The notes under the pieces: generated by a model
Told to the model about the DNA's origin: nothing
Database searches by the model: none
The model's input: only the letters and a program-made list of their open reading frames with translations
In this document: positions 1 to 8,572 of the stretch, in pieces
Position numbering within the stretch: position 1 is the stretch's first letter
Layout: every line of letters starts with the position of its first letter
Position numbers and translations under genes: made by a program
DNA from: an archaeon
Lineage (GTDB): Archaea > Nanobdellota > Nanobdellia > Pacearchaeales > JAPDKA01
DNA length: 64,000 bases
Reading direction: 5' to 3'
Assembly: GCA_029258825.1 (NCBI GenBank)
Contig: JAPDKA010000003.1
Location: forward strand, 2,065-66,064

Positions 1-415
1 AATTTACTACTTCTCTCGGTTTAAATGCTGGAAATGGATTTTCAATCTTAATTGTGTCCAGACCATATTTCAGATATAAATTTTTAATCAGTTCAGGAAA
101 CCATTTATTGAACTCGTGTATGTTGACTCCACGTTTTTCAAATTCATCAATTATGTCTAGAACAATATTATGAAGAATGTTGCTAAGCTGATTGTTCTTA
201 TTAAATTTGTGTGAATTTGTAGTTTGTTTTTTTTCAGATCTTTCATACTTATTAGCACTTATTACATAGAGATTAGATGGGTCATTTTTATCGATCACTG
301 TATATACAACATCAGGAACCACCTCTCTAAAATAATCGTTAGATAAATTGGGACTTCGTATATTTGTGCTTGACATCAACGCCAATACAAGCTGTACTAA
401 TGTTGCGAATCCCAT
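1..415 (-). CDS. hypothetical protein, partial (runs off window start); N-terminal hydrophobic segment
   Basis: Manual reverse-complement translation from ATG (plus-strand cat at 413-415) is open to position 2: MGFATLVQLVLALMSSTNIRSPNLSNDYFREVVPDVVYTVIDKND... Not in the ORF track because it is truncated by the window edge. Confidence 0.5.
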   Translation of the reverse strand, partial: MGFATLVQLVLALMSSTNIRSPNLSNDYFREVVPDVVYTVIDKNDPSNLYVISANKYERSEKKQTTNSHKFNKNNQLSNILHNIVLDIIDEFEKRGVNIHEFNKWFPELIKNLYLKYGLDTIKIENPFPAFKPREVVN

Positions 416-439
416 GATATAATAAAGATGGACTGCTAT

Positions 440-1324
440 TTAAACCTTTCGGTTTTTACCATTTGTTAGTGAGTGCAAATTTTGCATAATTACACAGGCT
501 TGACAGTTTGGTTTGGCTTTGCAATATGTTTTAGCAAATTCTACAAGCAACGCATGATAGCACTTATAAAGCTTAACGCTACGTGGCAAAGCGTTAACAA
601 ACAAGGATTGCCATTCGCCATAGCTAAACCTGCTTGCTTGCATTGCAAGATGTGTAAAAATATTTGCGATTTTTGATTTTGCTAACGGCTTGATATCTCT
701 CTTGTTATTGTTATCTTTAACAATAGCAAAATACAAGTTTGGTTTAGCAGCAATCCGTTTAAACAGTCTTAACATTATACGTTTTGTATAAGCGTCAATT
801 ACAAATGCTGGCTTGTTAAAAGCATAAAGCAGTATGCTGTCTGCTGTTTCATTGCCTATGCCCTTAATGCTAAGCAATAGCTCCCTAGCTTTTTCAACAG
901 GCATTGCCTGTAGTTTTTTGCTATAGCGCAGCCAAAAACTGGCAAATGTCTTAATGCGGGCCGCTTTTTGCTTGTAAAAGCCAACAGGCTTTATTGCATT
1001 TTGCAACTCCGACAATCTTGCTTTTGCCATTATTTTAGGCAGTAACAATTTTGTTTGCTTTAACCTTGCTATAGCCTTCTCAACATTGCTCCAAGATGTA
1101 TTTTGCGTTAATATAGCACCGATAGCTATTTCAAAGCTAGGGCTAGCGTTAGCATCTATACTGCTATGCTGTTTATGCCAATGCTCATCATATGGCCACC
1201 AATACAGCAAATGTTGTTCTTTATAACCAAGAGCAGATTTAAGATATCCATATAATGCCCTAATAAGGCTTTTGATTAAGTGATGTTTTGTATGCACATT
1301 GGTATCATTGATACTAGCAGGCAT
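440..1324 (-). CDS. nth: Endonuclease III-like HhH-GPD DNA glycosylase with C-terminal 4Fe-4S Cys cluster
   Basis: HhH-GPD hallmark motifs (ILTQNTSWSNVEKA, GIGNETADSILLYAF) and a C-terminal Cys cluster (CKAKPNCQACV) typical of the EndoIII/MutY Fe-S loop. Confidence 0.75.
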   Translation of the reverse strand: MPASINDTNVHTKHHLIKSLIRALYGYLKSALGYKEQHLLYWWPYDEHWHKQHSSIDANASPSFEIAIGAILTQNTSWSNVEKAIARLKQTKLLLPKIMAKARLSELQNAIKPVGFYKQKAARIKTFASFWLRYSKKLQAMPVEKARELLLSIKGIGNETADSILLYAFNKPAFVIDAYTKRIMLRLFKRIAAKPNLYFAIVKDNNNKRDIKPLAKSKIANIFTHLAMQASRFSYGEWQSLFVNALPRSVKLYKCYHALLVEFAKTYCKAKPNCQACVIMQNLHSLTNGKNRKV

Positions 1325-1473
1325 TTTTTGTAATTAAAAATAAATTTCTAATTTTTCTTCAAAATCTAGCAATATAGCATTGATTTTTATTAAATTAGAT
1401 TATTATAAATATTTTTAGATTGAGCAAACTTAGCATCGAAAAATAACCAACATAAAGTTAGAAGATAAAAAGC

Positions 1474-1520
1474 AAATAAAAGGCAAGCAAGTTAAATTCA
1501 TGCCGCTTTGGAAATGGTTA
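1474..1520 (+). repeat. Orphan duplicated 3'-end fragment of the COG1373 ATPase gene
   Basis: The 47-bp string aaataaaaggcaagcaagttaaattcatgccgctttggaaatggtta is identical to 2821-2867 (the C-terminus GKQVKFMPLWKWL of the downstream ATPase), but sits in the intergenic region upstream of that gene. Confidence 0.7.
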
Positions 1521-1574
1521 AAATGTTACAGTATACCGAAACATTTAAATATAAGAATGTTATAGTATAGAGTA

Positions 1575-2882
1575 ATGATAGAAAAAGTAGCCCCTATCAA
1601 TTTTTGGCATAAGGACCAAGATATAGGAATAAAAAGGAAAGAACTTAGCGAAGTGATGCCTTTACTAGATATAAGGGAAACTGTGTTTGTATTAACAGGA
1701 GTAAGAAGATGTGGAAAATCCTATTTGGTAAAGCAAATTCTTGCAGAAAAGATTAGCAATGGTTTAAGAAAAGAGCAAACACTTTATATTAATTTTGAAG
1801 ATGAAGACATAGAACCGTTTATCGCAAGGGGGATTATAAACAAAATATACTCTTCTTATAGGTCACAAATAAATCCTAAGGATTACTCAATTATTGTTCT
1901 GGATGAAGTACACAAAGTTCCGGAGTGGGAAAGATGGGTAAGAACAATGATAGATAGAAAAGAAAATGTAAAAATTATAGTTACAGGGTCTGGTTCAAGT
2001 CTTGGCGAAAAAACACCAAGCTTATTGACTGGTAGGAAAATATCATACAAGCTATTTCCCCTTTCCTTTCAAAGTTTCCTTATCTTTAAAGGAATAAAAA
2101 TTAAAAAATATGAAAAGTATCTGAGTTATTTAGAAGAATATCTCAAATATGGAGGATTTCCTTTAGCTGTATTAACTGAATTACCCATACAAAAATACAC
2201 CTGGCTTCAACAAACATACACAGACATTTTAACAAAGGATATTCTTATAAAATTTAAACTTAGAGAGGAACTAATACTTAAAAGAGTAGCCTATTTAACT
2301 CTTAATTCCTTTGCAAAATTTGTAAGCATAAGGAGGGTTGTCAACAGCATAAAAAGCATAATGAAGTTAAAAATTTCTCCTTCCACTGTAAGTTATTACT
2401 TTGATTATTTTACTTTATCAAACTTATTTTACTTTATACCTATTTTCTCATATAACATAAAAGATCAGGAGCAATACCCAAAAAAAGTCTATTGTGTGGA
2501 TACAGGAATAATAAATTCGGTATTAAAAAGCTTTTCAGAGAATTTAGGAAGGTTAATGGAAAATTTAGTAGCTATACAACTATTAAGAAAAAATTCTTTG
2601 AATGAAAACTTTTGGTTGGCATATTGGAAAGACACGCAAGGCAGGGAAGTAGATTTTATCATTAAACAAGGCACAAAAGTTAAACAACTTATACAAGTAA
2701 CTTATGCTTCAGGCAAAGACGAAATTGATAAACGTGAAATTAGAGCATTGTTAAAAGCAAGCGAATTGCTAAAATGCAGGAACTTGCTTGTTATTACTTG
2801 GGATTATGAAGCTATCGAGCAAATAAAAGGCAAGCAAGTTAAATTCATGCCGCTTTGGAAATGGTTATTGAAAAAATCCTAG
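1575..2882 (+). CDS. AAA+ ATPase, COG1373 family (AAA_14 + DUF4143 architecture)
   Basis: Walker A GVRRCGKSY, Walker B IIVLDEVH, and a C-terminal DUF4143-like region. Paralogous to 5996..7138, 7259..8526 and 54336..55580. Confidence 0.75.
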   Translation: MIEKVAPINFWHKDQDIGIKRKELSEVMPLLDIRETVFVLTGVRRCGKSYLVKQILAEKISNGLRKEQTLYINFEDEDIEPFIARGIINKIYSSYRSQINPKDYSIIVLDEVHKVPEWERWVRTMIDRKENVKIIVTGSGSSLGEKTPSLLTGRKISYKLFPLSFQSFLIFKGIKIKKYEKYLSYLEEYLKYGGFPLAVLTELPIQKYTWLQQTYTDILTKDILIKFKLREELILKRVAYLTLNSFAKFVSIRRVVNSIKSIMKLKISPSTVSYYFDYFTLSNLFYFIPIFSYNIKDQEQYPKKVYCVDTGIINSVLKSFSENLGRLMENLVAIQLLRKNSLNENFWLAYWKDTQGREVDFIIKQGTKVKQLIQVTYASGKDEIDKREIRALLKASELLKCRNLLVITWDYEAIEQIKGKQVKFMPLWKWLLKKS

Positions 2883-3231
2883 TTTGCCGTCGATAAAAGA
2901 ATGTAATAAAAAATATATAATTTTGTTACTAGATATAAGCATTTAGATAACAAAAAAATATGTTTTAAAAATATTAGGTTTTTTACAACACATGTGGGCA
3001 ATTAACCTATATAATAGCAGTATATAGGTTGGGCCTTATTAGAGTTGTTACATCAAAATCCAAGAAGGATAAATATACCATATAAAAGTGACACCACAAT
3101 ATTTATAAAGGGTAAGCCTAAAATGGCAAAAATAGGCTAACTAAAGCATAAATACAGCAAAAACAAACAGAAAGCTTTAAAAAGTGTCAATAAATAGTAT
3201 TGTTCATAACATAGGCGCCTAAAACAACTGA

Positions 3232-3409
3232 CACTGGCCAGTGCAGTGACGACTTCTATAGGGATTACAGTAAGCTTGAATAAGCAATTATGCTCAATAA
3301 GCAACTAGGCCTGCCCAGAAGGGCAAGCTGCAAAAAGCAGCATAGGCCTAGTTGCCGGCTACCAGTTCCAGCAAAATACAGCAGCGTGCTGGAACTGGGA
3401 AGCCAACTA
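3232..3409. other. GC-rich multi-hairpin structured element (candidate small ncRNA or structured 5' leader of the S-layer gene)
   Basis: A locally GC-rich island in an AT-rich intergenic region. It contains a palindrome cactgg/ccagtg (3232-3243). A 10-bp perfect stem caactaggcc (3303-3312) / ggcctagttg (3345-3354) encloses two 5-bp hairpins: tgccc-agaa-gggca and gctgc-aaaaa-gcagc. A 12-bp perfect stem ccagttccagca (3362-3373) / tgctggaactgg (3387-3398) follows. The core is flanked by a 7-bp direct repeat caactag (3303-3309 and 3403-3409). Confidence 0.4.
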
Positions 3410-3436
3410 GAAATAAAATAAAAAAACAAAAATAAA

Positions 3437-3443
3437 AAGGAGG
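3437..3443 (+). promoter_or_regulatory. Shine-Dalgarno-like aaggagg 8 nt upstream of the S-layer ATG
   Basis: The sequence aaaaaggaggtttcaaaATG places a strong GGAGG match immediately upstream of 3451. Confidence 0.6.
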
Positions 3444-3450
3444 TTTCAAA

Positions 3451-5874
3451 ATGAAACTGAACTTGAAAAAAGCATTTCCAGTTTTAGCTACTGGTTTAAT
3501 GTTAGGAGTAACTGCTTTTGGTGCTATGGCTTATGACTTAGGCAGCTGGCCTGCCCCATTCGTTGAAGGTGGCGTGGCCGATGTAACAGTAGTATATGGT
3601 GCAGATGCAATGGCAATTGACGCAGCTGCTGCAGCAGACATTGTTGGTGATTTGCAAGCTGCATTAGGCGGTGTGACAACAGAAACTGGAGAAACGGTAA
3701 CGGGGGAGGCTGTAAAAATAGAAGCAAGTAACAATAAGTTAAACCTTAATGAAACATTCGCTAGTATTGAGGGTGCTGGATTTGACGATGATGAATTGCC
3801 AACAGTATTAGCCGACGGGACATATAGAGCAGATGACGGAGAAGATTTCCCATACATCCAAAAGATAGAATTCGGCTCTAGCTATCCTTTAGCAACATTC
3901 AGAAAGGATACAGATTATACAGATCCAGACAAACCATACCTAATGATATATGGTGACGACTATACAGAATTCCTAAACTATACATTAGACTTTACTAAAG
4001 CTGCAGCAAGTACAAATACCAGTGGTACCTTAGACGACTTTGAAGATACACAAATAGAAATACTAGGTAACACTTACGATATAGTAAATGCAGAAGTCAG
4101 TGGAACCAAGATAACATTAGATTTAATGACCGGTCCTGTAAAAGCGACATTACAAGAGGATGAAGAAGCAACATTTACAGTTAATGGCGAAACCTACACA
4201 GTAAAACTAGTAATGATAGACAGTAATGGAAGAGCGAAATTTATAGTAAACGGTGAAGAAACAGACCCAATTAGTGAAGGTGGTACATACAAATTCAAGA
4301 ACTTTGATATGGAGATGGGTGTAACAGAAGTGTTAAGACAAGATTGGAGCGGTGGTAAAAGACAAGCAACATTCTATCTGGGCTCACAAAAATTAAGAAT
4401 TGAAGATAGTGATTACACTAGCTATGGATTAACAACAAATGTAGAATTAAATGACGAAGATGTAGAGGACTTGTACGCAAATGTATTTACTACATGGGAC
4501 GGAACAGACTTAAAGATAGATAAAATAGTGTTTACATGGTACCCTCAAAATGAGATATTTATAACAGAAGACGAACCTGCAGTATTCCCTGGACTAGGTT
4601 CATTTAAGATTACATTTGAAGGTTTGAAAAAAGCAAAAGAAGAAAAAATTGAAATTAAAGACGCTTCCAGTAGTGCACTAGAGTTAGTAGTGCCTCTAGA
4701 GACAGGTACAGTAACAATACCTTTCTTGTATGGTAATGGTACAACATGGACAGGAATTGGAAAAGATGCTACCCATAAATTAGTAACATCTGGTAGCTCG
4801 ACAGTAATCTATGAGTATGATGATAGTGATGGTTCTGCCGACCAATATTTAATAGTAACAGATACTACAAATTATGAATCGTACTTAGTCTCATTAAGAG
4901 TGTATACAGAGGATGGAACAAACTATACAAAGATAAAAGATGAAGCAACTGGTCAATGGGTCTGCGAAAACTTGAAAGCAGGAGATACTTGTGCTATCGG
5001 CAGCGCTGTAGTAACAATCAACAGTGTAAATGTAGCAGGAAAAACTGTAAACTTAACACTACCAGCAGCACCAAACAAGATATACACAGAAGAAGGACTA
5101 GTAATATACTTGCCATACGATAGTGCAACTGCTGGATGGCCTGCTATTAACTTAACAGCAAAACCAAGCACATATACTTTAAAGATGGTGGAAGAAAGCA
5201 TAGACACTGAAACCAGTGAAGGTGGAGCAGTATTAAACTTCACACTTGGATGGACAAGCGATGCTAAGGCAACTGTATCAGCTGTACCAGATAGCGAAGC
5301 AGATAACGTAATTGGTTATTCAGAAATTGATGATACAGATGACTACGCAGCTTACAGTAAGTTTGGTACATACATTCTTTATAAAACTGGTGGAAGTCAA
5401 GATACAGTAGAAATAACATATCCTGGAGAAGCCGCAGAAATGGTCGCTTATGTAGCAGAGGAAACAGCAAGTATTGTAGTAACAACAGAACCAACGACAA
5501 CAGGTGCAGAACTAGGCAGTGTAACATTCGCAGACACAGAATTAACAGATGAACTTAAAGCAAAGAACTTGATTGTGATTGGTGGTAGTGCTGTAAACAG
5601 AATAGCTGCTGAATTGCTAGACTTGCCATATCCAACATATGGTACAGATGAAGTATGGGTCAATGCAACAGGTGTTGACGGTCCAGGTAAAGCAATAGTG
5701 AAATTGATGGCAAACCCATACACAGAAGACAAATACGCATTGTTAATTGCTGGTTGGGAAGGCACAGACACACAAAGAGCAGCTAAAGCATTGATTGAAG
5801 GTATAGAAGGCCTAGCAGGTAAAGACACTGTATTGCTTGACACAAGCACTGAAAATACTGTAGTTATAGAATAA
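3451..5874 (+). CDS. Secreted surface protein, putative S-layer (glyco)protein
   Basis: N-terminal signal peptide (MKLNLKKAFPVLATGLMLGVTAFGAMA). 807 aa rich in T/G/D/S/A/V with many N-x-S/T sequons and no TM segment after the signal peptide. Strong RBS, a long structured upstream region and a T-rich terminator, consistent with a highly expressed cell-surface protein. The S-layer assignment itself is inferential. Confidence 0.55.
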   Translation: MKLNLKKAFPVLATGLMLGVTAFGAMAYDLGSWPAPFVEGGVADVTVVYGADAMAIDAAAAADIVGDLQAALGGVTTETGETVTGEAVKIEASNNKLNLNETFASIEGAGFDDDELPTVLADGTYRADDGEDFPYIQKIEFGSSYPLATFRKDTDYTDPDKPYLMIYGDDYTEFLNYTLDFTKAAASTNTSGTLDDFEDTQIEILGNTYDIVNAEVSGTKITLDLMTGPVKATLQEDEEATFTVNGETYTVKLVMIDSNGRAKFIVNGEETDPISEGGTYKFKNFDMEMGVTEVLRQDWSGGKRQATFYLGSQKLRIEDSDYTSYGLTTNVELNDEDVEDLYANVFTTWDGTDLKIDKIVFTWYPQNEIFITEDEPAVFPGLGSFKITFEGLKKAKEEKIEIKDASSSALELVVPLETGTVTIPFLYGNGTTWTGIGKDATHKLVTSGSSTVIYEYDDSDGSADQYLIVTDTTNYESYLVSLRVYTEDGTNYTKIKDEATGQWVCENLKAGDTCAIGSAVVTINSVNVAGKTVNLTLPAAPNKIYTEEGLVIYLPYDSATAGWPAINLTAKPSTYTLKMVEESIDTETSEGGAVLNFTLGWTSDAKATVSAVPDSEADNVIGYSEIDDTDDYAAYSKFGTYILYKTGGSQDTVEITYPGEAAEMVAYVAEETASIVVTTEPTTTGAELGSVTFADTELTDELKAKNLIVIGGSAVNRIAAELLDLPYPTYGTDEVWVNATGVDGPGKAIVKLMANPYTEDKYALLIAGWEGTDTQRAAKALIEGIEGLAGKDTVLLDTSTENTVVIE

Positions 5875-5878
5875 ACCA

Positions 5879-5916
5879 ATTTTTCTTTCTTTTTTTCTTT
5901 TTGATTTTTGTTTTGA
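5879..5916 (+). terminator. T-rich archaeal-type terminator after the S-layer gene
   Basis: The run ttttctttctttttttctttttgatttttgtttt sits immediately after the TAA at 5872-5874. Confidence 0.5.
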
Positions 5917-5945
5917 GCTAGGTTAAGATTAGGTAGTATAAAAAT

Positions 5946-5995
5946 AAGGATTTTAATTCCGAAACATTTATAAATAGATAGGAATTAAATTCCTT
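5946..5995. promoter_or_regulatory. 15-bp inverted repeat bracketing a TATA-like box at the start of ATPase gene 5996..7138
   Basis: aaggattttaattcc (5946-5960) and ggaattaaattcctt (5981-5995) have 1 mismatch and are separated by gaaacatttataaatagata, which contains tttataaata. The right arm overlaps the ATG at 5996. Confidence 0.4.
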
Positions 5996-7138
5996 ATGGA
6001 AATATTAGAAAAAACGAACCCTCACTGGTTTGATGAAGAAGATGAAGATTTAATTAAATGGAAAAATAAAACTATCCATATAATCCCAAAATGGATTTAT
6101 GAACTTTCTCTCCAGCCTTTCAGTCTTAATTTTGTTCTTGGCCCTAGAAGGGTTGGCAAAACAACAGGTATAAAGTTGTTAATTCAAGAATTAATTAAAA
6201 GAAAAGTAAAAAGAAAGGAAATAGTTTATGTTAATTGCGACCTCATATCAGAACTCTCTTTCTTTCAACGTATATTAAATTATATCTCTGAAAATAATTT
6301 TAAATTTATTTTCATAGATGAAGCTACGAGCTTAAAAGAGTGGTGGAAGCCCCTTAAAGGATTTATAGACGCTGGCTTGTTCAAAGACAAGGTGATAGTA
6401 GTTACAGGATCGATTACGCTTAAAGTAAAAAAACATGCAGAATTTTTTCCTGGAAGAAAAGGCAAGGGAAAAACAATAGAGGTTTTACCGCTTTCTTTTT
6501 CACAATATGTTAAATTGTTTAATGCTAAAAAGCTTTCTGAAATAAGGAGATTATTTAAAAAATATTTAATAACAGGTGGTTTTCTTGGAGCTTTAGACAA
6601 TGAAAGTGCATTTATGAAAGAATTAATTGATGCAATTAAAAGTGAAATCTTAAAGGTTGGATTAAGAGAAAAACTTGTATTTCAAATTATGAGTTCCTTA
6701 CTAAGAAAAATACCTTCTGCTTTATCCTATCAAAGTATTGCAAGCGAAATTGGAATCGATTATAAGACAGTTGCCCACTATCTTGAAACGCTTGAGGAAA
6801 TGTACTTGCTGGGAATTGCTTATTGGAAAGAAAAACAGGTAAAATGGAGAAAAGAAAAGAAAATATTTTTTAGAGACGCTTTTTTATTTAATACTTTCAA
6901 ATTTTGGGTATCTACAAAGCCTTTAGAAAGTGCTTTATATGAGCATATAGTTCAAGAACATTTGTTCAGAAAATTTGGCGAAATCTATTATTATCGTAAC
7001 AAGTATGAGATTGACTGTATAGCAGGTAACATGAAAGTTGAAGTTAAAGCAGGCAAGCCTTATCGAAAGTATCCGCGTGGTGTTAAGGTTGTTGATGAGG
7101 ACAATATAGCTGAATTTTTGTTAGAGTTAGAAAAATAA
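5996..7138 (+). CDS. AAA+ ATPase, COG1373 family (AAA_14 + DUF4143)
   Basis: Walker A GPRRVGKTT, Walker B FIFIDEAT. Paralog of 1575..2882. Confidence 0.7.
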   Translation: MEILEKTNPHWFDEEDEDLIKWKNKTIHIIPKWIYELSLQPFSLNFVLGPRRVGKTTGIKLLIQELIKRKVKRKEIVYVNCDLISELSFFQRILNYISENNFKFIFIDEATSLKEWWKPLKGFIDAGLFKDKVIVVTGSITLKVKKHAEFFPGRKGKGKTIEVLPLSFSQYVKLFNAKKLSEIRRLFKKYLITGGFLGALDNESAFMKELIDAIKSEILKVGLREKLVFQIMSSLLRKIPSALSYQSIASEIGIDYKTVAHYLETLEEMYLLGIAYWKEKQVKWRKEKKIFFRDAFLFNTFKFWVSTKPLESALYEHIVQEHLFRKFGEIYYYRNKYEIDCIAGNMKVEVKAGKPYRKYPRGVKVVDEDNIAEFLLELEK

Positions 7139-7224
7139 AAGATATAAGAATAGTTATAGAATGGTTTTGGAGAAAAGAGTTGGAGAAGTTTGTTTAATTT
7201 TTATGAATATTTCCTAAAAATAGT

Positions 7225-7246
7225 AAACTTTTTAAATAGTTTTTCC
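7225..7246 (+). promoter_or_regulatory. Promoter (BRE/TATA-like aaactttttaaatagttttt) about 21 bp upstream of the ATG at 7259
   Basis: A tttaaata TATA-like box at 7231-7238. Nearly the same 18-mer recurs at 28111-28128 upstream of the ATG at 28142 at the same spacing. Confidence 0.4.
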
Positions 7247-7258
7247 TAAATTTATTAT

Positions 7259-8526
7259 ATGTTTGATGAAGCATTTGTGATAGAATATTTCGAAAAATTA
7301 TTCGAGAAATTAAAAAAAGAAAAAATAAGGCAAAGAGAACTAAAAATTTCTTTTATAAAAGGAAAAGCCACCGCAATTATTGGCCCTAGGAGGTCAGGAA
7401 AAACTTACTTTGTTCTTAAATTTTTAAAAGAGAATGAATTTATTTTGATTTAGAACATGCAGCATTTAAGGATTCAACTTATAAAGAATTTTTTGAAATC
7501 ATCTCCATTTATGAAGAAAGATTTAAGATTAAAGTAAAAAATGTCCTGCTTGATGAAATTCAAAAGATCGAAAGTTGGGAATCCCTAGTAAGGAGCTTAA
7601 TAGATAGTGGTTACCACGTAATTGTCACTGGTTCAAGTTCAAAATTAGTAAGTAAGGAGATTGCTACACAGCTTAGGGGAAGAAGCTTAAGCTATTTTCT
7701 TTTTCCTCTAAGTTTTAGAGAATATCTAGAATTTCAAAATTTTAAACTCAAAAAACCAATTTCTTTATCAGAAAAAGTCAAAATAATTAATTTTCTGAAA
7801 AAATACTTAGAGTGGGGGGCTTATCCAGAGGTATTGCTTGAATGGAGTAAGAAAGAGAAAATTTTGAGAGAATATTTCGAAACAATCTTGCAAAAAGATT
7901 TTATAGAGAGATTCGAAGTAGTTAATGTAGAAATAGCAAGACTAATTTTTGAATTTGTGTTTCAGAATTTTTCTAAAGAAATAAGCATTAATAAAATTGC
8001 AAATTTTGTTTCTTCCAAGCTTAGGAAGGATGTAAAAAATATTGTTTATAAATATGTTGAAAAACTCCTAGATAGTTTCTCAGTATTCTTCATAGAAAAG
8101 TTTGAAAGTATCTATAAGAGAAAAAGTTTTATGAAAAAGATTTATATTTGTGATATTGGTCTTTCAAACATAATCGGTTTTGAGAAAGATATAGGCAAGA
8201 GAATGGAAAACACAATATTCCTAGAGTTAGTAAGGAAAACTAATGAAAAACCACTTATGGAAATTTTCTACTGGAAAGATTACCAGCAAAGAGAAGTAGA
8301 TTTTGTTGTTAAACAAGGCACAAAAGTTAAACAACTTATACAAGTAACTTATGCTTCTGAAAAGGATGAAATTGATAAGCGTGAAATTAGAGCATTGTTA
8401 AAAGCATCAGAGCTGTTAAGGTGCAAAAACTTACTTGTTATTACTTGGGATTACGAGAGTGAAGAAATTGTTAATGGTAAGAAAATTAAGTTTATGCCTT
8501 TATGGAAATGGTTGTTGAAAATTTAA
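7259..8526 (+). pseudogene. COG1373 AAA+ ATPase paralog disrupted by a single-nucleotide frameshift in a T-homopolymer (about 7439-7446)
   Basis: Frame A (7259-7453) encodes the Walker A GPRRSGKTY and then hits TAG. Frame B is open from 7438 to 8526 with no start codon and continues YFDLEHAAFKD...LLDEIQK...VTGSSS... collinear with the paralogs. Adding one T to the run gaatttattttgat restores EFIFDLEH. The ORF track splits this into 7259..7453 and a Met-started 7834..8526. Confidence 0.7.
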
Positions 8527-8572
8527 AGAGGATAAAGTATTTTTTGAAATACGTACTAAAAAATTGTATTTA

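Noticed and set aside
3524-5879. Several ORF-track entries (67-143 aa) antisense or out of frame inside the S-layer gene
   Set aside because: They lie wholly within a strongly supported 807-aa CDS. Their proteins are low-complexity (P/L/S-rich) mirror translations of the T/G/A/D-rich sense frame. There are no independent start contexts.
7834-8526. ORF-track call of a separate 230-aa gene starting at Met 7834
   Set aside because: The frame is open from 7438 and encodes the collinear middle of a COG1373 ATPase with no internal start needed. It is the downstream half of the frameshifted gene 7259..8526, not an independent gene.
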